Counted from the first letter of the stretch, positions 7,511 through 15,300 are shown. The stretch: 16,271 nucleotides of DNA from an uncultured Janthinobacterium sp. (GCA_964658025.1 CAZZXB010000069.1:1-16271); one strand, 5' to 3'. Made by a program: numbers and translations. Notes: generated from the letters alone by a model not told the origin.

Positions 7511-8164
7511 GTGGCAGCACACGAAGCGCAATCCTATAAAGACGCGGGGTCGCCGGACGAACAGTCGCGGCGGACGTTCCTCGCGAACGCGACGCTCGGG
7601 ATCGGCGGCGTCATCGGGCTCGTCCTGACGGTTCCGCTCCTCACCTCGCTCGTCCCGGAATCGCTGATCAACCCGGGTAAGGGCGGCGGCGTTTGGGCCG
7701 ACCTCCCGCAAGACGCGTTTTCGAAAGTCAAAGACGGCGCATCGCCGATCAAGATCACGTTCGATTTCAAGTACGCCGACGGGTACTTCCCTCCGGCGGA
7801 CGACACGCAATTCGTGTGGGGCGTCAAACTGACGTCCGCGCAAGAGGCGGCGTTCAAAGAAAAGCGTCCGGATCTGTATACGACGGCCGGGAAGATCACC
7901 TATCCGGCGATCACGTCGAGCTACGTCATCTTCAGCTCGATCTGCCCGCATCTCGGCTGCCGCTTCAACTGGGAGCAGGACGCCAACCGCTTCATCTGCC
8001 CGTGCCACGGATCGCAATTCGGTCCGGAAGGCGGGAAGCTCGCCGGACCCGCGCCGCGCGGTCTCGATCCGCTACCGTTCCGCGAGGCGGACGGTAAGGC
8101 GCAGGTCACGTGGATTCAATACAAATCCGGTGCCCCCGACCGGGTCATCGTTTCTTACAGCTAA
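7511..8164 (+). CDS. qcrA: Rieske [2Fe-2S] subunit of quinol:cytochrome c oxidoreductase
   Basis: C-terminal part of ORF 5714..8164. Twin-arginine SRRTFL plus TM helix, CPHLGC and CPCHGS boxes, GPAPRGL. Start taken at GTG 7511 after the SD-like aaaggg; the in-frame ATG at 7499 is an alternative. Confidence 0.95.
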   Translation: MAAHEAQSYKDAGSPDEQSRRTFLANATLGIGGVIGLVLTVPLLTSLVPESLINPGKGGGVWADLPQDAFSKVKDGASPIKITFDFKYADGYFPPADDTQFVWGVKLTSAQEAAFKEKRPDLYTTAGKITYPAITSSYVIFSSICPHLGCRFNWEQDANRFICPCHGSQFGPEGGKLAGPAPRGLDPLPFREADGKAQVTWIQYKSGAPDRVIVSYS

Positions 8165-8177
8165 ATAAGGGTCCATC

Positions 8178-9698
8178 TTGAGCGTATTGACGTGGATCGA
8201 GCAACGCACCGGGCTCGTTAGTCAGACATCCGAATTCCTCACCGAAGACGTTCCGGGCGGCGCCAGTTATTGGTACGTCTTCGGCAGCGCGACGATCTTC
8301 GCGATGATCTTGCAGATCGTCACGGGCATCTTCCTGACGTTCTACTACGCGCCGTCGACGGCGTCGGCGTGGGAATCGACGAATTACATCTATCACAACG
8401 TGCCGCTCGGGCAATTCGTGATCAGCCTGCACTTCTGGGGCGCGACCGCGATGATCGCGCTCCTGCTCATGCACATGCTGCAAGTGTTGCTGTGGGGCGC
8501 GTACAAAGCGCCGCGCGAACTCTCGTGGGTCGTCGGCGTCCTGCTCCTCGTCATCACGCTCGTTCTCGGACTCACGGGCTATCTGTTGCCGTGGGACATG
8601 AACGCCTACTTCGCGTCGCAGGTCGCGATCAATATCGCGTCGTCGGTCCCGATCGTCGGCGGTATCACGCAGCAGTTCCTCAGCGGTGGTGCCGGCATGG
8701 GAACGCTCACGATCAACCGCTTCTTCGGTCTCCACGTGTGGCTGATGCCGGCGGCGATGATCGCGCTCGTCGCGGCGCACCTCTCGATCTTCCGGCACAA
8801 CGGATCCGCCGGACCGCCGGTCGATCGCGAACTCAAGAAGTTGCCGCAGGGCCGCTTCTGGCCGAACCAGATGTTCATGGACGCGGCGGCCTCGTTCGTC
8901 GTGTTCGCGATCATGGTCGCGCTCGCGATCTTCTCGCCCGCGCCGCTCGATCAGAAGGCCGATCCGACGCAAAAATTCATCGCGTATCCGGCGTGGTACT
9001 TCCTCGCGCTCTACGGCCTGCTCCGCATCGCGGGTCAGACGCCCGAAGCCGTCACGCCGATCGCGAATCTTCTCGCGACCGTCGTCATCCCGGGCGTCGT
9101 CGTCACGGTGCTCGTGCTGCTGCCGTTCCTCGATCGCAATCCGAGCCGCCAGATCACCCGTCGGCCGTGGGTCGTGGGGATCACGGCGATCTCGCTCGTC
9201 GCGGCGATCGGCCTCTCGCTCTTCAGCCAGCTCGCGATCCAAAAAGAGCAGGCCGACGCGGGCGAGGGCGGCGCTCCGGCGGCGGCGGCGGCGGCCTCCA
9301 ACTCGCTCGGTGCGGGCGGCTCGGCCGGCGCATCGTCGACGGTCGCGCAATCCTCGACCGGTTCGAGCGCGGGCGCCGCGAGCGCGAAAGGCGGACAGAT
9401 CTTCTCGCAAAACTGCGCGAGCTGTCACCAAGCGAACGGCCAGGGCCAGGCCGGCGTCTTCCCGGCACTCGCCGGAAACAAAGACGTGACGGGCGATCCG
9501 AAGATGATCGTCCACACGCTCCTCTACGGTCTCAAGGGCAAAGTCATCGACGGCAAGTCGTACGGCGCGCAGATGCCGGCGTGGAAGGGGCAGCTCTCCA
9601 ACGCCGACATCGCGAACGTGATCACGTACATCCGCTCCAGCTGGGGCAACAAAGCGAGCGCCGTCACCGAAGCCGACGTCGCGAAGGTCCCGCAGTAA
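8178..9698 (+). CDS. qcrB: Cytochrome b (unsplit b6 + subunit IV type) fused to a C-terminal class I cytochrome c
   Basis: TTG start after taaggg. Four heme-b His ligands (SLHFW...MHML; GLHVW...AHL), GYLLPWD, Qo motif PAWY, seven predicted TM helices, an Ala/Gly/Ser linker, CASCH (9414-9428), and QMPAW...YIRSSWGN. Confidence 0.96.
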   Translation: MSVLTWIEQRTGLVSQTSEFLTEDVPGGASYWYVFGSATIFAMILQIVTGIFLTFYYAPSTASAWESTNYIYHNVPLGQFVISLHFWGATAMIALLLMHMLQVLLWGAYKAPRELSWVVGVLLLVITLVLGLTGYLLPWDMNAYFASQVAINIASSVPIVGGITQQFLSGGAGMGTLTINRFFGLHVWLMPAAMIALVAAHLSIFRHNGSAGPPVDRELKKLPQGRFWPNQMFMDAAASFVVFAIMVALAIFSPAPLDQKADPTQKFIAYPAWYFLALYGLLRIAGQTPEAVTPIANLLATVVIPGVVVTVLVLLPFLDRNPSRQITRRPWVVGITAISLVAAIGLSLFSQLAIQKEQADAGEGGAPAAAAAASNSLGAGGSAGASSTVAQSSTGSSAGAASAKGGQIFSQNCASCHQANGQGQAGVFPALAGNKDVTGDPKMIVHTLLYGLKGKVIDGKSYGAQMPAWKGQLSNADIANVITYIRSSWGNKASAVTEADVAKVPQ

Positions 9699-9721
9699 CG
9701 ATCGAGCGACGCTCGGTCTCG

Positions 9722-9752
9722 AAAGAAGGCGCGATATCGCGCCTTCTTTTTT
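9722..9752 (+). terminator. Intrinsic terminator of the qcr operon, possibly bidirectional
   Basis: Perfect 28-bp palindrome aaagaaggcgcgatatcgcgccttcttt (9722-9749) running into T6 (9747-9752). The 5' flank is A-rich and it lies between convergent genes. Confidence 0.88.
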
Positions 9753-9872
9753 CGTGCGATCGGTCGCGCGAGGCGGGCGCACGTCGCATAGCCGGATGCT
9801 TCGCGAAGCCGGAAGATCGGCGGGATGGAATAACCGGATCGGCGCGTGACGCTTACCGAAAATCGCTCGACG

Positions 9873-11552
9873 TCATCGGTCGGGGTTCGTCGCGACGCCC
9901 GCGTCGCGACACGGCGGACCGTCGTAGAGGAAGAGCACGTCGTTATTCGATCGTGCCACGACGCGCCGCGACCGGCCGTAGGTCGGATCGGGGACGGGAC
10001 GCTGCTTCGACGTGACGACGAACGCGCGCGACGCGGCGCAGAGCGCCCGACGCGGATCGCCCTCGGGATCGACGACGGCGTCGGTCGCGCTCGCGAGCGT
10101 CTCGACGCGCGGTTGCGTGTAGAAGACGAGCCCGTTGCCGCCCGAGACGTTTTGGATCGCGACGAGATCGCCCGGGCGTCGCTCGCGTTCGATCGTGGCG
10201 GCGAGCGGCGGGATCGGCTTGAAGCGCTCGACGACGGGCTCGCCCGCGACCGCGATGATCACCATGACGACGACGCTCGCCGCACCGAGCGCGAACGGTG
10301 CGAACGCCGCCGTCCGCGCGCGGAGTAACAAGACGAAACATCCGACCGAGCCGAGCAAGATGACGCACCCGAGCGCGATGAGATCGGCCCGAATCGCTTG
10401 CAGATCCGCCGTCAACCGGTTGTCGTGCGAGAAGGCGGCGAGCGCGAACGCGATCCCGAGGATCGTCAGCGGCACGACGGACGTCCAGGCGAGCGCGCCG
10501 CGTCGATCGCGCTCGGCGCAGACCGCGTCGAACCAGACGGCGACGAGGATCGCGAACGCCGGCAGCTCGAGCGCGATATAGTTCGGCAGTTTCGTTTTCG
10601 CGATGCTGAAGAAGACGAACGGCACGATCGTCCACGCGAGCGAGAGTCGCGCGAGACTCGCGGCACCGTTCGCGCTCGGCGCGCGCGCCTGACGCCACGC
10701 CGCCGCGAGCGCCGGCACGAGGAACGCGAACCACGGAAAGAATCCGAGGATGACGACGGGGACGTAATACCAGATCGGCCCGCTCTGATTTTCGATCGTG
10801 CCGACGTACCGCCCGAAGGTATAGTGCCCGATCATTTCCACGAAGGCGGAGAGACCGGCCGCGTGCAGTAACGCGAGCGTCCACGGTGCGACGATCGCCG
10901 CGCAGAGCGCGACCCCGAGCACGACGCGTCGCGTTCCCGGCAGCACGATCCGCGCGCCCGCCGCGCGTTCCCACATCAGCCACGGCACGACGACGAGCGC
11001 GACGGTGACGGGCGCGACGAGTCCCTTCGCGAGCAGCCCGAATCCGATCGCGATCCAGCCCGCATACCACGAACCCGCGTGGCCCGACCGGAGGCTTCCG
11101 AACCACGTCAGGATCGCGAGCGCGACCGCGAGATCGAGAAGCGCGTCCATGATCGCGAGGCGTCCCACGACCGCTTGCATGAGCGCGGTCGCGAGCACGG
11201 TCGCGGCGAGCAGCGCGGCACGCGACGACGCGTGGCGCGCGACGACGAAGCCCACGGCGCCCGACATCGCGACCGTCGCGATCGCCGACGGCAGACGGAG
11301 CGCGAATTCCGAGACGCCGAAGAGCTTCGCGAAGCACGCCGCGACCCAAAAGTAGAGCGGCGGCTGAACGAACCACGGCGCGCCGTTGAGATGCATCACG
11401 ACCGGATCGTGCGTGAGGAGGATCTCGCGCGCCACCTCGCCGTACGCCGTCTCGCTGTTGTCCCACAACGTCCCGACGCCGAGTCCGGGGAACGTTGCGA
11501 GAAAGGCGACGACCGCCCCGATCGAAGCGGCCCGCCACGACGCAAAATTCAC
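9873..11552 (-). CDS. ArnT/PMT-like membrane glycosyltransferase (GT-C fold, GT83/GT39-like)
   Basis: Trimmed to GTG 11552 (GTG 11570 is an alternative). Motifs LWDNSETAYGEVAREI, QPPLYFW, FGVSEFALRLPSA, LAIMD, LAKG, GPIWYY...FFPW and FFSIAKTKLPNYI, with many TM helices and a C-terminal soluble domain. Confidence 0.88.
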   Translation of the reverse strand: MNFASWRAASIGAVVAFLATFPGLGVGTLWDNSETAYGEVAREILLTHDPVVMHLNGAPWFVQPPLYFWVAACFAKLFGVSEFALRLPSAIATVAMSGAVGFVVARHASSRAALLAATVLATALMQAVVGRLAIMDALLDLAVALAILTWFGSLRSGHAGSWYAGWIAIGFGLLAKGLVAPVTVALVVVPWLMWERAAGARIVLPGTRRVVLGVALCAAIVAPWTLALLHAAGLSAFVEMIGHYTFGRYVGTIENQSGPIWYYVPVVILGFFPWFAFLVPALAAAWRQARAPSANGAASLARLSLAWTIVPFVFFSIAKTKLPNYIALELPAFAILVAVWFDAVCAERDRRGALAWTSVVPLTILGIAFALAAFSHDNRLTADLQAIRADLIALGCVILLGSVGCFVLLLRARTAAFAPFALGAASVVVMVIIAVAGEPVVERFKPIPPLAATIERERRPGDLVAIQNVSGGNGLVFYTQPRVETLASATDAVVDPEGDPRRALCAASRAFVVTSKQRPVPDPTYGRSRRVVARSNNDVLFLYDGPPCRDAGVATNPDR

Positions 11553-11625
11553 GACCGGAAAGGTTTGCACGCGGAGGGCAAAATCCCGCGAAGCCCGGCG
11601 CGGCCGCACGTCGAAGACACGATTC

Positions 11626-13608
11626 GTGTATCCGATCGCCCTCGAATTACGCGACCGCATCGCGGTCGTCGTCGGTGGGGGAGCGGTCGCCGAACGGAAA
11701 GTTCGCGGCCTGCTCGCCGCGCGCGCGCGCGTGCGCCTCGTCGCCCCCGTCGCGACCGAGGCCCTGGCGACGCTCGCGGCGGCCGGCGAGATCGCCTGGA
11801 GCGCGCGCGCCTTTCGGACGGGCGATCTCGCGGACGCGCTCCTCGTCTACGCCGCCACGGACGCACCCGACGTCAACGCCCTCGTCTGTCGCGAAGCCCG
11901 CGCGCACGGCACGCTCGTCGACGACACGACGGGCGAGAACCCGAGCGATTTCTCCACGCCCCTCGTCCATCGGACGGGCGACGTCACCTTCGCGATCGAT
12001 ACGGGCGGCAGTTCGCCCTCGTTCGCGCGTCGGGTCGCGGACGAACTCGCCGCGCGATTCGGCGACGACTACGGCCGCGCGGCGCTCGCGCTCCGGCTCG
12101 CGCGCGATTACGTGAAGGTCGTGATCCCCGAAGCCTCGCGGGCCGCCGTGATGCGCGCGCTCGCGGCACGGGAGATCGCCGCGCTCGCGGCGATGAATCC
12201 GAGCACGGTGGAAAACGAAGTCGAGGACGTCTACGAACGATTGCGGGCGCCGGACGCACCGCGCGACGCCGCCCGGACGCAACTCGTCTGCGCGACGCGC
12301 GCGAGCGCGCTCGCGATGTGGCAGACGCGCCACGTCGGCGCGCTCCTGGGACGCGGAGGCCTCGTGTCGACGATCCTCCAGATCTCGACGCAGGGCGATC
12401 GCGTTCAAGATCGCTCGCTCGCGGCGCTCGGGACCGACAGCATCTTCGTGAAGGAACTCGAGCACGCGCTCCGCGACGGCCGCGCCGACTACGCGGTGCA
12501 CTCGTGTAAGGATCTGCCGAGCACGTTGCCCGACGACATGCGCCTCGCCGCGATCGGCTATCGCGAAGACCCGCGCGACGCGTTCTGTTCCGAACGCTAT
12601 CCGTCGCTCGACGCGCTCCCGGCCGGGAGCCTGATCGGCACGTCGAGCCCGCGTCGGCGCGCGCAGCTCGCGGCGCTACGGCCCGACCTGCGTTTCGAGA
12701 CGATCCGCGGGAACGTCGACACGCGCTTGCGCAAACTCCGCGAGGGCGCGTACGACGCGATCGTTCTCGCGCTCGCCGGATTGCGTCGACTCGGCCTCTC
12801 GGCGACGTACACCGTGCCCGTCGATCCCGCGCTCGTCGTGCCGGCGGTCGGTCAGGGCGCGCTCGCCGTCGAGACGCGCGCGAACGACGGCGAACTCGCG
12901 GAACGGATCCGCGCGTTGCTCTCGGTTCCGGACGTCGAACTCGCCGTGCTCGCCGAGCGCGCGTTCCTGCGAACGCTGCGCGGCGGCTGTCAGGCACCGG
13001 TCGGCGCGCACGCGACGGTCGCGGACGGCACGCTCGCGATGCACGCGGCGATCGCGGCGCCCGACGGCTCGCGGATCGTGCGCGGCGCGGCGTCGGAAGC
13101 GATCGCGACGGGCGCGGACGCCGAGCGCGTCGGCGAAGCGCTCGCGCGCCGCTTGCTCGACGAAGGTGGTTCCGCGATCCTCGATGCGGCGCTCGCGGCC
13201 GATCCCTCCGAAGGCGAACCGCCCGCGCCGCCGGACGCGCCGCTTCTCGGCGGACTCTTTCTCTTACCGCGCACGCAAGAGCGCGCCAGCACGATCGCGC
13301 CCGCGTTGCGCGGTGCGGGCGCGGAAGTCGTCGAGGCGAGCGACAGCGAGGCCGCGGCCGAAGCGCTCGGACGACGTCGGCCGACCGTGTTATTGTTTCC
13401 CTCGAGCGGCTCGGTCCGCGCCGTCGCGTCGTATCTCGCGGAACTCCAAGCGACGGGCGAACGCCCGGTCGTCGCCGCGATGGGCGAGGCGTCGGCGAGC
13501 GCCGCGCGCGAGGCGGGCTTCCTCCCCGACGTCGTCGCAACGGAACCGACCGTCGCCGCCTTCGTACAGAGCATCACCCACTATCTCGTAGGACGTCGCA
13601 CCTCATGA
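11626..13608 (+). CDS. hemC: Fusion: precorrin-2 dehydrogenase/sirohydrochlorin ferrochelatase (SirC/CysG N-terminal) + hydroxymethylbilane synthase HemC + half-length HemD-like domain
   Basis: Start at GTG 11626 (VYPIALEL). SirC part: VVVGGGAVAERKV, DFSTP, IDTGGSSPSFA. HemC part (about 12277-13190): ATRASALAMWQ, FVKELE, VHSCKDLP, REDPRDA, GTSSPRR, IRGNVDTRLRKL, GQGAL, GGCQAP. HemD-like part (about 13243-13608): LLPRTQERA, LLFPSSGSV, AAMGEASA..AREAG. Confidence 0.93.
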   Translation: MYPIALELRDRIAVVVGGGAVAERKVRGLLAARARVRLVAPVATEALATLAAAGEIAWSARAFRTGDLADALLVYAATDAPDVNALVCREARAHGTLVDDTTGENPSDFSTPLVHRTGDVTFAIDTGGSSPSFARRVADELAARFGDDYGRAALALRLARDYVKVVIPEASRAAVMRALAAREIAALAAMNPSTVENEVEDVYERLRAPDAPRDAARTQLVCATRASALAMWQTRHVGALLGRGGLVSTILQISTQGDRVQDRSLAALGTDSIFVKELEHALRDGRADYAVHSCKDLPSTLPDDMRLAAIGYREDPRDAFCSERYPSLDALPAGSLIGTSSPRRRAQLAALRPDLRFETIRGNVDTRLRKLREGAYDAIVLALAGLRRLGLSATYTVPVDPALVVPAVGQGALAVETRANDGELAERIRALLSVPDVELAVLAERAFLRTLRGGCQAPVGAHATVADGTLAMHAAIAAPDGSRIVRGAASEAIATGADAERVGEALARRLLDEGGSAILDAALAADPSEGEPPAPPDAPLLGGLFLLPRTQERASTIAPALRGAGAEVVEASDSEAAAEALGRRRPTVLLFPSSGSVRAVASYLAELQATGERPVVAAMGEASASAAREAGFLPDVVATEPTVAAFVQSITHYLVGRRTS

Positions 13609-14621
13609 CCGCACTCTTCGAACGCCGCCCGCGGACCGCGGTGGATCTCACGAAACGCCCGCGCCGCCTGCGTTCGAGCGCGACGATGCGCGCGCTCGTC
13701 CGCGAGAACGAGGTGCGGCTCGCGAGCCTCGTGCAGCCGCTCTTCGTCGCGGATCCGGGCGTCCCGACGGGCGAGATCGTGAGCATGCCCGGCGTCTACC
13801 GTTACTCGGTCGAGGGCGCGGTCGCGGAATGCCGCGAGCTCGCCGCGCTCGGCGTGAAGAGCGTCTTACTGTTCGGCCTCCCGGAATTCAAAGACGCGGT
13901 CGCATCGTCGGCGCACGATCCGGCGGGCGTCGTGCAACGCGCGATCGGGGCGATCAAAGCGGCGGTCCCCGAAATGCTCGTCATCGCGGACCTCTGCAAC
14001 TGCGAGTACACGGACCACGGCCATTGCGGGATCCTCGACGAAAACGGCGACGTCGACAACGACGCGACGCTCGACTTACTCGGACGCGTCGCGCTGTCGT
14101 ACGCGATGGCCGGCGTCGACGTCGTCGCACCCTCGGACATGATGGACGGCCGCGTCGCGTATCTGCGCGAGACGCTCGACGCGTCGGGGTTCACGTCGAT
14201 CCCGATCATGTCGTACGCGGTGAAGTTCGCGTCGGGATTCTACGGTCCGTTCAGAGACGCGGCCGACTCCACGCCGACGTTCGGCGATCGCCGGACGTAT
14301 CAGATGGATCCGCCGAACGCGCGCGAGGCGCTCCGCGAGGCGGCGCTCGATCTCGACGAAGGTGCCGATTTTCTCATCGTCAAGCCGGCGCTCGCGTACA
14401 TGGATCTCATCCGCGCGGTCCGCGAGATCTCCGACGTCCCGGTCGCGTGCTACAACGTGAGCGGCGAATACGCGATGGTAAAAGCCGCCGCGCGCAACGG
14501 CTGGATCGACGAAGACCGCATCGTCGACGAGACGCTCGCGGGTTTCGTGCGCGCGGGCGCCGACATCATCATCACGTATTTCGCGAAAGCGTACGCGGAG
14601 CGGCACCGCGCGCGACGGTGA
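13605..14621 (+). CDS. hemB: Porphobilinogen synthase (ALA dehydratase), Zn-binding type
   Basis: ATGA overlap with the upstream fusion. RPRRLR, SMPGV, DLCNCEYTDHGHCG (three Zn cysteines), APSDMMDGRV, YAVKFASGFYGPFRDA, VKPAL and YNVSGEYAM. Confidence 0.98.
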   Translation: MTALFERRPRTAVDLTKRPRRLRSSATMRALVRENEVRLASLVQPLFVADPGVPTGEIVSMPGVYRYSVEGAVAECRELAALGVKSVLLFGLPEFKDAVASSAHDPAGVVQRAIGAIKAAVPEMLVIADLCNCEYTDHGHCGILDENGDVDNDATLDLLGRVALSYAMAGVDVVAPSDMMDGRVAYLRETLDASGFTSIPIMSYAVKFASGFYGPFRDAADSTPTFGDRRTYQMDPPNAREALREAALDLDEGADFLIVKPALAYMDLIRAVREISDVPVACYNVSGEYAMVKAAARNGWIDEDRIVDETLAGFVRAGADIIITYFAKAYAERHRARR

Positions 14622-14670
14622 TTCGCGCGATCGCTTTGCCGCTTACGACGACGCCATACGGCGAAAGACG

Positions 14671-15300
14671 ATGCGCGATCGTGATCGCGACGCGGCCCCG
14701 AGCGAGGCATCGCGCTACGGCGTTTTGATCCTGGCCGGCGGCGAGGCGACACGCTTGCCGGGAAAGCTCGCGCTCCTTCTCGACGGCGTCCCGCTCATCG
14801 TGCGCGTCTATCGTAATTTCGCCGGACCCGTTTCGCGCGAGATCGTCGTGTCGGCGAAGGCGACGTTCGCGCCCGAGCTCGACGCGTCGCTTCCGGTGCC
14901 GGTCGTCATCGATCGCGTCGCGCGTCGCGGTCCTCTCGGCGGGATCGTGAGCGCGCTCGGCACGATGCGTTCCCGCTACGTCTTCGTCGTCGCGGGCGAC
15001 GCGCCGTACGTCGATGCGGCACTCGCGGACGCGCTCGCGTCGGCCATGCGCGGCGGAGACGAGGCGGTCGTCCCGATCCACGATACGGACGTCGTGGAAC
15101 CGCTCGCCGCACTCTACGAGCGCGCGGCCCTCGCGCGCGTCGGCTTCGAATCGTTGCGGAACGATAACGCGTCCGTACGTGCGCTCGGCGATCGCCTCCG
15201 AACGCGCAACGTTCGGTGCGACGCGCGAACGTTCGCGAACGCGAACACCGACGCGGAACTCGATGCGATGAGGCGACGGACCGAGCCGCCGCCGCCATAG
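14671..15300 (+). CDS. mobA: Molybdenum cofactor guanylyltransferase MobA
   Basis: ILAGGEATRLPGK, GPLGGI, VVAGDAPYV, EPLAALY and FANANTDAEL match the MobA/NTP_transf_3 pattern. Confidence 0.88.
   Translation: MRDRDRDAAPSEASRYGVLILAGGEATRLPGKLALLLDGVPLIVRVYRNFAGPVSREIVVSAKATFAPELDASLPVPVVIDRVARRGPLGGIVSALGTMRSRYVFVVAGDAPYVDAALADALASAMRGGDEAVVPIHDTDVVEPLAALYERAALARVGFESLRNDNASVRALGDRLRTRNVRCDARTFANANTDAELDAMRRRTEPPPP

Noticed and set aside
5714..8164. 816-aa ORF suggesting a giant Rieske fusion
   Set aside because: The first about 595 aa are an Arg-rich off-frame reading of selO and the spacer, and they cross a terminator-like hairpin. Only the part from 7499/7511 is the Rieske protein.
9275..9296. 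ggc-type trinucleotide run as a simple sequence repeat or phase-variation tract
   Set aside because: It is the in-frame poly-Ala of the cytochrome linker, so length changes would not shift the frame.
5790..9698. selO as part of the qcr operon (AMPylation control of the bc complex)
   Set aside because: The genes are separated by about 218 bp containing a terminator-like hairpin, and adjacency alone is not evidence of functional linkage.
759..13540. Many long Arg/Ala/Pro-rich alternative ORFs (e.g. 759..2078, 5385..7268, 8145..9782, 8270..10015, 9943..11538, 11984..13540)
   Set aside because: These are shadow frames of real genes in high-GC DNA with few stop codons, and they show no recognisable motifs.
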